From positions 288,001 to 352,000 of the forward strand of contig CP166615.1 in NCBI GenBank assembly GCA_041937175.2: a stretch of 64,000 nt of DNA. The letters are read 5' to 3'. The translations under genes were made by a program, and so were the position numbers. This stretch comes from Limnothrix sp. BL-A-16. Lineage in GTDB: Bacteria; Cyanobacteriota; Cyanobacteriia; CACIAM-69d. This document shows, one piece after another, positions 41,329 to 50,531 of this stretch (position 1 is its first letter; each line of letters begins with the position of its first letter). The notes under the pieces were generated by a model. That model worked only from the letters and a program-made list of their open reading frames with translations. It was not told the DNA's origin and made no database searches.

Positions 41329-41907
41329 ATGATGTCGATCGCGTTGTTTGGAACCAGTGCAGATCCCCCAACCTACGGCCATCAGGCGATCGTTGCTTGG
41401 TTGGCCCAACGGTTCGATCGGGTTGCGGTTTGGGCTGCGGACAATCCCTTCAAAAGCCATCGTGCTCCCCTCGACTGTCGCACAGCCATGTTGCGGGTGT
41501 TGATCGAGTCGATCGAGCCGCGGCCCGCCCATGTGCAGGTTTGTCCAGACCTGAGCCACCCGCGCACGGTGGTGGTGTTGGAACGGGCCCGGGAACGCTG
41601 GCCCAATGCCCAGTTCAGCCTCGTGATTGGGTCAGATTTGGTGGCCCAACTGCCCCGTTGGTATCGCTCGGCGGACATTCTGCAATTTGCCCAGTTGCTG
41701 GTGGTTCCCCGGCCGGGCTATCCCTTAGAAACGGCCGCGATCGAACATTTAGCCGACCTGGGAGCCAGGGTGCAAGTGGCTGACCTCAGCAGCCCCGCCA
41801 GCTCTTCCACCGCCTATCGGGAAGCGGGCGATCGCAACAGTATCCCCCCCGAAATTGAAGCCTATATTCGGGGTGAGCAGCTTTACCTATGGCAGAACGT
41901 CGGCTAG
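41329..41907 (+). CDS. nadD: Nicotinate-nucleotide adenylyltransferase
   Basis: ALFGTSADPPTYGH, DNPFK, IGSDL, SSTAYR. Confidence 0.9.
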   Translation: MMSIALFGTSADPPTYGHQAIVAWLAQRFDRVAVWAADNPFKSHRAPLDCRTAMLRVLIESIEPRPAHVQVCPDLSHPRTVVVLERARERWPNAQFSLVIGSDLVAQLPRWYRSADILQFAQLLVVPRPGYPLETAAIEHLADLGARVQVADLSSPASSSTAYREAGDRNSIPPEIEAYIRGEQLYLWQNVG

Positions 41908-42728
41908 GTTCCCATCGCCTGAACGCAAAACTCAGCGCCAAGCTTAGTGCCCAACAGAGTGCTAAACACAGCCCTAAACAGAGTGCCAGACAGTCGCCCG
42001 CTCCCTTAGCTGGCGATTCCCTGGCCGATTTCAAAGTAGGGGTTGATAACGTCATTTTTTCCGTGGACAGCGACAAGCGCCGACTGTTGGTGTTGTTGGT
42101 GATGCGGCAACACGAACCCTTCGCCGGTTGTTGGAGCTTGCCCGGAACCCTGGTGCGCCAGGGCGAGACCCTGGAAGCGGCGGCCTATCGCGTCTTGGCG
42201 GAAAAAATTCGCGTTCGGCATCTATACCTAGAGCAGCTTTATACCTTTGGCGGGCCCGGTCGCGATCCCCGGGAGGCCGCCGACAGTTTCGGGGTGCGAT
42301 ACTTGTCCGTCAGCTACTTTGCCCTGGTGCGCTATGCGGAGGTGGAGGCGATCGCGGACTTTGCCACCGATGGGGCGATCGGGATTGCTTGGTATCCGTT
42401 TGATCGCCTGCCAGAACTGGCGTTTGATCACGATCGAATTGTGCAATACGGCTATCAACGCTTGCGCAACAAATTGGAATACAGCCCGATCGCCTTTGAT
42501 GTGTTGCCGGAATCCTTTACCCTCAGCGATCTCTATCAGCTTTACACCATTGTTTTAGGCGAAAACTTTTCGGACTATTCCAACTTCCGCAGTCGCTTGC
42601 TGAAGCTGGGAATTCTGTTGGATACGGGCGTGAAGGTGTCGCGCGGCGCGGGTCGCCCGGCCAGTCTTTATCAATTTGATGCGATCGCCTTTCAACAGTT
42701 GGAAAATAAGCCCCTAGTGTTTGTCTAA
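41889..42728 (+). CDS. nrtR: NrtR (Nudix + winged helix) regulator
   Basis: WSLPG...GETLEAAAYRVL, EQLYTFG..RDPR, LAFDH, NFRSRLL, GRPASLY. Confidence 0.9.
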   Translation: MAERRLGSHRLNAKLSAKLSAQQSAKHSPKQSARQSPAPLAGDSLADFKVGVDNVIFSVDSDKRRLLVLLVMRQHEPFAGCWSLPGTLVRQGETLEAAAYRVLAEKIRVRHLYLEQLYTFGGPGRDPREAADSFGVRYLSVSYFALVRYAEVEAIADFATDGAIGIAWYPFDRLPELAFDHDRIVQYGYQRLRNKLEYSPIAFDVLPESFTLSDLYQLYTIVLGENFSDYSNFRSRLLKLGILLDTGVKVSRGAGRPASLYQFDAIAFQQLENKPLVFV

Positions 42729-42803
42729 ATCTTTGTCTAAATCTTGGGCAAAATCTTGGTCTAATAGTCCAAGTTGCCTGCAAAAACTCTGCAAAAAACT
42801 CCG

Positions 42804-43505
42804 ATGACTGCGCCCAGTAACTCCCCCGATCTTGACCAGTTGCCGGCCGATCGAGCCGGAAAACCAGCCCAGCCTTGGTTTTGGCTCCTGTGGGCCGGCT
42901 TCACGCTCTATGCCTTTCTGTTGGCTCCGCCCGATCGCCCGGATACCTTGGATTTGATCATTCGCCTTTCAACGGGGCAAGTATCGGGCGAAAATCCACT
43001 GATTGTGGCTCTTTTTAACCTGATGGGCATTTGGCCACTGGTTTACTGCTGCTTGCTGTTTGCCGATGGGCGTGGGCAGCCAGTGCGCGCTTGGCCCTTC
43101 GCGATCGGGTCGATGGCATTGGGGGCCTTTGCCCTGTTGCCTTATTTGGCCCTGCGGCGATCGAACCCACAGTTCACGGGCGAGCGATCGCGCCTGATTC
43201 GGTTCTGGGATTCCCGTTGGCTGGCCCTGGGTCTCGGTGTTGGGGCGATCGGGCTGCTGGGTTGGGGTCTGTTCCAAGGCAACTGGTCAGATTTTGGACA
43301 ACAGTGGCAAACCAGCCGATTCATCCATGTGATGAGCCTTGATTTTCTGATGCTTTCCCTGCTGTTTCCTGCCCTTGTGGGTGATGATTTGGCTCGGAGA
43401 GGCTGGCATCAACAAACCCTGTGGAAGTGGCTAACGTTTTTGCCGTTACTGGGGCCTTTGGCTTACCTTTGTTTTCGCCCACCGATTCAGGTAACAAATG
43501 AATAA
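42804..43505 (+). CDS. Conserved multi-TM hypothetical protein (DUF2834-like)
   Basis: About six hydrophobic segments, ALLPYLALR, SRFIHVMSLDF. Confidence 0.75.
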   Translation: MTAPSNSPDLDQLPADRAGKPAQPWFWLLWAGFTLYAFLLAPPDRPDTLDLIIRLSTGQVSGENPLIVALFNLMGIWPLVYCCLLFADGRGQPVRAWPFAIGSMALGAFALLPYLALRRSNPQFTGERSRLIRFWDSRWLALGLGVGAIGLLGWGLFQGNWSDFGQQWQTSRFIHVMSLDFLMLSLLFPALVGDDLARRGWHQQTLWKWLTFLPLLGPLAYLCFRPPIQVTNE

Positions 43506-43586
43506 CTAGCAATTATTGGGGGAGTGAACTTGGTTAGCTTTTAGCAAATTTTCGGAATCTTTTTAGTCTTGAAGTCTTGCAGTCTT

Positions 43587-43670
43587 GTAGGTTGGGTTGA
43601 GGCACGAAACCCAACAACAGCAAGGTTGATGGTAGTCAAGTTGGGTTGAGCTTTGTGAAACCCAACCTAC
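43587..43670. repeat. GTAG-type REP pair in inverted orientation
   Basis: GTAGGTTGGGTTGAGGCACGAAACCCAAC ... GTTGGGTTGAGCTTTGTGAAACCCAACCTAC. Confidence 0.8.
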
Positions 43671-43789
43671 CGACTGTTACTTGATCGTTTTTTTGGAATT
43701 GTTTAGACTTTGCAAATTTTTCAAATCCTTTTGGAAACTTCAATCCCTTTTGGGCTGTTCAAGCATCTTTTGTAAGAGTGTTTTAACCC

Positions 43790-44896
43790 ATGAAACGTCG
43801 CCATTTAATGCAGTCGATCGGGCTGGGTTCCGTGACGGCCACCGCTGCGGCCTGCGCCTCCAAACCCAGCGGCGGCCCGCCCGTTGCCGCCGATTCGCCC
43901 AGAATTCAATGGCGGGCGATCGCCAGTTGGCCCAAAGCCCTCGATACCATTTTTGGGGGCTTAGTCAGCATCTGCGATCGGGTCAAAGAACTCAGCGAGG
44001 GTCGATTCATCATCATGCCCCACACCGCTGGCGAAATCGTCGGCGCACTGGAAGTGATGGATGCAGTGCAATTAGGCGCTGCCGAATGTGGCCACAGCTC
44101 CAGCTATTACTATTTGGGCAAACATCGAGGACTTGCTTTTGGTACTTCAGTGCCCTTTGGCCTCACGGCCCAACAACAAAATGCTTGGCTCTATGCCGGA
44201 GGCGGCTTAACAGCGCTGCAAGCCATTTATCGCAGCTTTAACATCATCAATTTTCCCGCTGGCAACACGGGAACCCAAATGGGGGGCTGGTTTAAACGCG
44301 AAATTCAAACCCTCAGTGATTTGCAGGGTTTAAAAATGCGAATTCCCGGCCTCGGCGGCGAAGTAATGTCGCGATTGGGGGTGAATGTGCAGGTGTTGCC
44401 CGGTAGCGAAGTATTCTTAGCGCTCGATCGGGGAACCATTGACGCGGCCGAGTGGGTTGGTCCCTATGATGATGCGAAATTGGGACTGAACCGCGCCGCC
44501 CGTTTCTATTACTATCCCGGTTGGTGGGAACCTGGTAGCACGCTCGATTTCTTCGTCAATTTAGAAGCCTGGAATCGGTTGCCGAAAGCCTACCAACAGA
44601 TGATTCAACTGGCAGCCCAAGAAGCCAACTATGCCATGTTGTCAAAATACGAAGCCCTTAATGCAGAAAGTCTCAAAACCCTCATTGCTAGCGGCACACA
44701 ACTACGGCCCTATTCCACAGAAATTTTGAAAAAAGCCAAGACAGAAACAGAAGCGCTGTTTTCGGATTTGGCCCAGCGAGATGCAAACTTCAAGGCCCTG
44801 TATGAGCCTTGGAAAAGCTTCCAACAATCGGTTCTTCACTGGAACAACACCAATGAATGGGTTTTCGCAGAAGCAGTTAAACCTGAAACCCTCTAA
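43790..44896 (+). CDS. dctP: TRAP transporter substrate-binding protein (TakP-like, probable 2-oxoacid binding)
   Basis: Tat-like KRRHL, GNTGTQMGGWF, MRIPGLG, AAEWVGPYDD, YYPGWWE. Confidence 0.9.
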   Translation: MKRRHLMQSIGLGSVTATAAACASKPSGGPPVAADSPRIQWRAIASWPKALDTIFGGLVSICDRVKELSEGRFIIMPHTAGEIVGALEVMDAVQLGAAECGHSSSYYYLGKHRGLAFGTSVPFGLTAQQQNAWLYAGGGLTALQAIYRSFNIINFPAGNTGTQMGGWFKREIQTLSDLQGLKMRIPGLGGEVMSRLGVNVQVLPGSEVFLALDRGTIDAAEWVGPYDDAKLGLNRAARFYYYPGWWEPGSTLDFFVNLEAWNRLPKAYQQMIQLAAQEANYAMLSKYEALNAESLKTLIASGTQLRPYSTEILKKAKTETEALFSDLAQRDANFKALYEPWKSFQQSVLHWNNTNEWVFAEAVKPETL

Positions 44897-44938
44897 TTTT
44901 CCTTTCAGTTTTCTCTTCCAATTTCCCCGTTTAAATCT

Positions 44939-45580
44939 ATGCAGAATTGGCAACGGTGGCTTCAACAGCAACTCCCTCCCTGGTTGCGACTGGCTCGACA
45001 GATTGATCGCTGGAATTTTCGCTTGGGCCAAGCCATGGGCTGGTTGGTGGTGGCCATGCTGGCGATCGGGTCTTGGAATGTGATCGGTCGCTATTTGGGC
45101 CGGGCGATCGGGCGAAATCTCACCTCCAACACCAGCATTGAGTTGCAGTGGTATCTCTTTAGCGGTGTGTTCCTGCTTGGTGCTGCCTACACCATGCAGC
45201 GAAATGGCCATGTGCGGGTAGATGTGTTCTATAAAAATTGGTCACCCCGCACCCAGGCGATCGCCAATTTAGCCGGAACCATCCTATTTTTAATTCCCTT
45301 TTCAATGCTGATTTTAGTGGCTTCTTGGCAATGGACTGCCAATGCTTGGATCGTTCAAGAACTCTCGCCCGATCCCGGTGGACTGCCGCGTTATCCCATC
45401 AAAGGATTGATTTTAATTAGTTTTGTAGTTTTGATCATTCAAGGAATTTCAGAAATCATTAAAAACCTGGCGATTATTGCCGGGCTGGGTACAGATCACT
45501 TGCCGCAACCGATCGCCCACTCGATCGCCCCCCATCAACCCAGCCAACCATTGGAGAACCCATCGGAGGGCGATCGCTAA
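44939..45580 (+). CDS. dctQ: TRAP small permease
   Basis: ELQWYLF, HVRVDVFY, DPGGLP. Confidence 0.9.
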   Translation: MQNWQRWLQQQLPPWLRLARQIDRWNFRLGQAMGWLVVAMLAIGSWNVIGRYLGRAIGRNLTSNTSIELQWYLFSGVFLLGAAYTMQRNGHVRVDVFYKNWSPRTQAIANLAGTILFLIPFSMLILVASWQWTANAWIVQELSPDPGGLPRYPIKGLILISFVVLIIQGISEIIKNLAIIAGLGTDHLPQPIAHSIAPHQPSQPLENPSEGDR

Positions 45581-46923
45581 TGGAAACCCTTGGATTTGAC
45601 TGGCTGGGGCCCCTCATGTTTTTGGGGGCGCTGCTCTTTTTATCCCTTGGCTATCCCGTCGCCTTTTCCTTGGGTGGGGTTGCCATTGTTTTTGCCCTGA
45701 TTGGGATCAATGTCGATGCGTTTGAGCCAAGCTTTTTAGCTGCCTTGCCCAGCCGCATTTTTGACATTATGAAAAACTACACGTTGCTGGCCATTCCTTA
45801 TTTTATTTTTCTAGGATCCGTTCTGGAAAAGTCAGGAATTGCTGAGCAACTGTTAGAAACCGTCGGAATTTTATTTGGCCGCTTGCGGGGTGGCTTGGCC
45901 CTGGCGGTGGTGGTGGTGGGGGCAATGCTGGCGGCCACAACGGGAGTCGTGGCGGCAACGGTCGTGGCCATGGGCCTCATTTCTCTGCCCATCATGCTGC
46001 GCTATGGCTACAATCGCGAGCTGGCCACGGGGGTGATTGCTGCTTCCGGAACCTTGGGGCAAATCATTCCGCCCAGTGTGGTGCTGGTGGTGCTGGGCGA
46101 CCAATTGGGCGTTTCGGTGGGCAATTTGTTCCTCGGGGCAGTGATTCCCGGACTGATGATGGCGGGGGCCTTTGCCTTGCATGTGTTGCTGGTGGCCTTT
46201 TTGAAGCCGGAGGCCGCGCCGGCCCTGCCGCCAGAGGTTTGCCAAATACCGCGCCGAGAATTGCGACAACGGGTGGTGCAGTCCATGCTGCCCCCCTTGG
46301 TGCTGATTTTGTTGGTGTTGGGGAGCATTTTCTTTGGCATTGCCACCCCCACGGAGGCGGGCGCGGTGGGTTCCTTGGGGGCGATCGCCCTGGCCCTGTT
46401 GAACCGCCAATTCAGTTGGGCTGCCCTACGGGACTGCTGCGAGGCTACCCTGCGCATTTCCAGCATAGCCCTATTCATTTTGATTGGTTCAACGGCCTTC
46501 AGCCTGGTGTTTCGGGGTCTCCACGGCGATCGGTTCATGTTCGAAATTTTGTCGAACTTGCCGGGTGAGGGGGTTGGTTTCCTGGCGCTCAATATGTTGG
46601 TGGTTTTCCTGCTGGGGTTCTTTATTGACTTCTTTGAAATCGCCTTTATTGTGGTTCCAATTTTTGCCCCCGTTGCTAAAGCTCTTGGGTTCAATATGAT
46701 TTGGTACGGGGTAATTTTGGGGGCAAATTTGCAAACTTCCTTCCTCACGCCACCCTTTGGATTTGCCCTGTTTTATCTACGGGGTGTTGCCCCTGCCATT
46801 GTCAAAACGGAGGAGCTATATCGAGGGGTAATTCCCTTTATTGCTCTGCAACTGCTGGTGTTGCTGATGATTATTCTGTTCCCGGATTTGGTGATGTGGT
46901 TACCGTCTCTCAGCTTTGATTAG
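45580..46923 (+). CDS. dctM: TRAP large permease
   Basis: LLAIPYF, SGTLGQIIPPS, TPTEAG, TPPFGFALF. Confidence 0.93.
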   Translation: METLGFDWLGPLMFLGALLFLSLGYPVAFSLGGVAIVFALIGINVDAFEPSFLAALPSRIFDIMKNYTLLAIPYFIFLGSVLEKSGIAEQLLETVGILFGRLRGGLALAVVVVGAMLAATTGVVAATVVAMGLISLPIMLRYGYNRELATGVIAASGTLGQIIPPSVVLVVLGDQLGVSVGNLFLGAVIPGLMMAGAFALHVLLVAFLKPEAAPALPPEVCQIPRRELRQRVVQSMLPPLVLILLVLGSIFFGIATPTEAGAVGSLGAIALALLNRQFSWAALRDCCEATLRISSIALFILIGSTAFSLVFRGLHGDRFMFEILSNLPGEGVGFLALNMLVVFLLGFFIDFFEIAFIVVPIFAPVAKALGFNMIWYGVILGANLQTSFLTPPFGFALFYLRGVAPAIVKTEELYRGVIPFIALQLLVLLMIILFPDLVMWLPSLSFD

Positions 46924-47047
46924 ATCTCTTTCGCAAATCAGTAAAAAGCCTTCATCCTCCTCTCAAAATCCGCTGATCAACGCTCATTTTGTAGGATCGC
47001 GGCTGCCTTAATTCTCTGGGTCAAAGCCGCAGAGACAGTCGTCATAA

Positions 47048-47067
47048 CAAGGGGCTTAAGCCCCTTG
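47048..47067. repeat. Solo CAAGGGGCTTAAGCCCCTTG palindrome
   Basis: Exact match, between convergent genes. Confidence 0.9.
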
Positions 47068-47125
47068 CTGTCTAACGAGTTGCTAACATTAGTAGTCATT
47101 CGACGGGAAAACCAGGCAAAGAAAG

Positions 47126-48139
47126 TTAGGAATTTAGAGCCGGGCGATCGCGCTGTTGATCTTGGCGAGAATACACTTGGCCATCATCCCAAAGACCAAC
47201 CAAAGCCGTGATTAAAGCTTTGGCAAAACCCATGCAATAGCAGCCAAAGCGCACCAGAACTTTCAGAGGTGAGCCGCTCTTGTAGCAGGGGGGATGGCCC
47301 AGAACATGACAGTCAAATAACTTGGCGAAAAAGCGAATTTGTTGCCCAAGGCTGAGGTGTTTGAATCCGAGCCAAAAATGGTTGTGGTAAAAGGTGGTTT
47401 GATAGCCGATCGAACGGGTGCTGATGTCATGGCAACCGCCGGTTTCTTCGCCCAAATGCACCAAATGGGCGGCGGGGTCGTACCAAATTTTGAAGCCGGT
47501 TTTGCGCAGGCTTAAGCAAAAATCGGACTCTTCACGGACAGCGCTGCCCCGATAGCGTTCATCAAATCGCAGGCCGTGCTGCACAAACAGGTTGCGCCGA
47601 AAGGACATGTTGCAGCCTCGGGCAGTGATCACCGGTTGGGGCTGGGTGGCCCGCACCAGGTCAATGTGATACCAGGCGATCGCGGGGTCGGAGGCTTCCG
47701 GCACTTGGTAATCAAATTCGCCCACATGCTTGGTGCATTCTTGCTCCAATTTCATGCGATCGAATACGCGCCCGGCCACCGCTCCAATGTGGGGATCGCC
47801 ATAGTTGGCCACATGGGCCGCAATAAAACCCGGCTCCAGGCGCACATCGTCATCAATAAAAATCAAAATTTCACCGCTTGATCGCCGGGCCGCAAAGTTT
47901 CGGGCCCCTGGCAAGCTAGCCCACCGCAAGCGATGCCATTGAATTTTGCCCCCGTCGGCCCATTGGGCCAGTTTGGCTTCGGTTTCGGGCAGGTGCTGCG
48001 GGGTCTGGTCAACGACGATCACTTCAAAATCAGGATAGTCCTGGACTAGAACATCCTCGATCGAGGTGCAAAGCACTTGTTCGCGCCCGTAGGTGGGCAC
48101 AATGACTGAAACCTTTGGCAACTGGGAAACCTGACTCAT
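47126..48139 (-). CDS. GT2 glycosyltransferase, probably hormogonium-polysaccharide HpsN-like
   Basis: SVIVPTYGR, FIDDD, GCNMSFRR, REESDFC; the HpsN assignment is from recalled similarity only. Confidence 0.8.
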   Translation of the reverse strand: MSQVSQLPKVSVIVPTYGREQVLCTSIEDVLVQDYPDFEVIVVDQTPQHLPETEAKLAQWADGGKIQWHRLRWASLPGARNFAARRSSGEILIFIDDDVRLEPGFIAAHVANYGDPHIGAVAGRVFDRMKLEQECTKHVGEFDYQVPEASDPAIAWYHIDLVRATQPQPVITARGCNMSFRRNLFVQHGLRFDERYRGSAVREESDFCLSLRKTGFKIWYDPAAHLVHLGEETGGCHDISTRSIGYQTTFYHNHFWLGFKHLSLGQQIRFFAKLFDCHVLGHPPCYKSGSPLKVLVRFGCYCMGFAKALITALVGLWDDGQVYSRQDQQRDRPALNS

Positions 48140-48237
48140 GTCCGCAACCGTGGGGGATGGCTAGGATGGCTGGAGCGATTCGATCGAACCGTAAATCTTA
48201 ATCCAAGAGCATCCGAGCGTTGTCCGGTGAAGGGCCG

Positions 48238-48795
48238 CTAGGGGCGGGGGCGGTTAACATACCGCGCCGCGATCGCCCCGCCAATGAACCCGAAAAGATG
48301 CATTTGCCAGGACACGCCCGAGCGCAACGGTAGCACCCCAAAGATCAAACTGCCATAGAGGCTGAAGATAAAAATCGAAAGCAAAATACCGCTGGCACTG
48401 CGTTCAAACCAACCCCGAAACAGCACGTAGCTGAGATAGCCAAACACCAAACCACTTGCGCCAATGTGGATGGAGTTGCTGGGGCCAATTAGCCAGGTTC
48501 CCAGACCGCTAATCAGGGCGATCGCGCCGGTCACTTTCCAAAAGGTTTCGCGCCCACGCACCAACACCAACCAACCCAGCACCCCCAGGGGCACGGTGTT
48601 GGCCATCAAATGGGCCAAGTCGCCATGGAGCAAGGGGGCAAAGACAATCCCCCGCAGGCCGATGACATTGCGGGGAACAATGCCTAATACATCGAGATAG
48701 CCCCGAAAAACGAACTGATCAACAATTTCCAGCAGCCACAGGAGGCCAATCAGCGATGCCAAAAATCGCCCTTGGGATTTGAGTTCTTCGGTCAC
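48238..48795 (-). CDS. Rhomboid family intramembrane serine protease
   Basis: HGDLAHLMAN, HIGASG, SWQMHLFG. Confidence 0.92.
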   Translation of the reverse strand: MTEELKSQGRFLASLIGLLWLLEIVDQFVFRGYLDVLGIVPRNVIGLRGIVFAPLLHGDLAHLMANTVPLGVLGWLVLVRGRETFWKVTGAIALISGLGTWLIGPSNSIHIGASGLVFGYLSYVLFRGWFERSASGILLSIFIFSLYGSLIFGVLPLRSGVSWQMHLFGFIGGAIAARYVNRPRP

Positions 48796-49297
48796 ATGCT
48801 CAAGGAGTGATTACTGAAATTGACGACTGAAAAGGATTCCCAGGGGAATGCAATTAGAAGGGAAGACGATGCGCGTTTTCCACTATAGCCAGGATAGCGA
48901 ACGGAATCGTTGGCGGGGGCGGCCCTGGACTGCGGGCTTGGGCGGACGATCGGGCGAGTGGGGTGACGGTGTTGCATACGAGGCGATCGGGCGATCGACC
49001 GTTTTGGAAATCTGTCCCGCAAAATCACTAGTGAGATGGAAATGTTGGCTAGGCTGAAGACAGCCAGGCTTTTGATTCCCTGCATTCCAATGCCTTGGCC
49101 GTCCACTGCCGCTTTTCAATGATCGATCGCCCATGGGTTCCCGGACTGAGTTCAAAATTTTAGAACCTGGGTTCAGGGTCTGCGTTGAGTTGGCCAGTTT
49201 GGGCAAGTTTCCCCTGCGCTTACCCCCTGGCCAGCCGGACTCCGTAACCAGGGAGGATGGCCAGCGATCGCTGAAGACTTATTCGGGCCCCGTCGCC

Positions 49298-50110
49298 ATG
49301 TTTCCTAATCGTTCTCCTCGTTTGGCTGCTCAGTTGCCCCCTGCCGGGCGATCGGGCCCTGCTGCTGCGCGTCGGTGGCGGGGACTTTGGGGCGGGGCGA
49401 TCGCCCTGTGGTTGGGTTGGCCCGGCGTTGCGTTGGCCTATCTCCAGTCGATCGACCCGGTTCCCAGTCCCAGTCCCAGCCGCCCTGTAACACCCACGCC
49501 AACGCCAACGCGCCCGCCGACTCCCACTCCCACCCTGACTCCCAGCCCAACTCCCACCCGTCCCCCGACTCCGACACCAACGCCAACGCGCCCTCCAACG
49601 CCGACCCCAACCCCAACCCGTCCCCCAACGCCAACGCCGACCCCAACCCGCACACCAACGCCGACCCCAACGCCAACGCGCCCGCCCGATCGCGCTGCTC
49701 CCTGCTTGAATGAGGGCGATCGCTACCGGGCCCGCATGTGCGAGCTACGGGCCTCAGACGAGCGCTGGATTGAAATTCACCTCAGCAATCAGCGGCTGAT
49801 CGCCTGGGAAGGGAACAAGCCCGTTTATGCGGTGATTATTTCCACGGGCAAGCCGGGCACGCCGACTTGGCCAGGAATTTTCCGAATTCAGCGCAAATTG
49901 CCCGTCGATCGAATGCGTGGTGAAGATTACGACGTACCCAACGTGCCCCATGTGATGTACTACCACCGGGGCTATGCGATTCACGGGGCTTACTGGCATC
50001 AGCGTTTTGGCACACCGGTCAGCCACGGCTGCACCAACGTGGCCCCGGATCATGCGCGCTGGCTGTTCAACTGGGCCGATGTGGGCACCCCGATCGTGAT
50101 TCGGCCCTAG
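49298..50110 (+). CDS. L,D-transpeptidase (YkuD) with Pro/Thr-rich linker
   Basis: ISTGK, AIHGAYW, SHGCTN; (PT)nR repeats. Confidence 0.92.
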   Translation: MFPNRSPRLAAQLPPAGRSGPAAARRWRGLWGGAIALWLGWPGVALAYLQSIDPVPSPSPSRPVTPTPTPTRPPTPTPTLTPSPTPTRPPTPTPTPTRPPTPTPTPTRPPTPTPTPTRTPTPTPTPTRPPDRAAPCLNEGDRYRARMCELRASDERWIEIHLSNQRLIAWEGNKPVYAVIISTGKPGTPTWPGIFRIQRKLPVDRMRGEDYDVPNVPHVMYYHRGYAIHGAYWHQRFGTPVSHGCTNVAPDHARWLFNWADVGTPIVIRP

Positions 50111-50396
50111 GGGTTGTCGTCAAATTACCTGAAACCCTTACTCCACCTCGGATTGATCGCGAGAGACAAGGGGCTTAGGGCGTGTCGTCAAATCGCCTGA
50201 AACCCTTATTCCACCGTTGTCAGATCGTGGGGGACAAGGGGCTTAAGCCCCTTGTTACAACGACTGGGACATGGAAAGTCAATCGTTTTCACCTGATCCT
50301 GGGAAATGACGACAGGCCCTAAGCCCCTTGCTACGACGATTGGGTTATGGAAAATCCACCATTTCGGCTTCAGCCCAGTCCATAACGACGGGGCCC
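50110..50396 (+). mobile_element. Nested MITE: complete copy 50178-50319 inside another copy
   Basis: Outer left half ends ACAAGGGGCTTA; inner GGGCGTGTCGTCA...TGACGACAGGCCC; outer right half resumes TAAGCCCCTTG (TA duplicated). Confidence 0.9.
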
Positions 50397-50531
50397 AGGT
50401 CAATCAGTACCGATTCGCATCGTGCCTTCACGGGCGATACCAACGGCGCGGCAGGTCAGTGCCGAATTTCGGGATAATGGGGATCGTTACGGTTCGTTAC
50501 ATCACCCTTCGACACCTCACGCGATCGCCCC

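Noticed and set aside
49455..49690. PT-repeat region as a mobile repeat
   Set aside because: It is an ordinary Pro/Thr linker with synonymous variation.
50486..50503. HLR1-like repeat GTTACGGT-TC-GTTACATC upstream of ubiD
   Set aside because: Several mismatches to the consensus; too weak to call.
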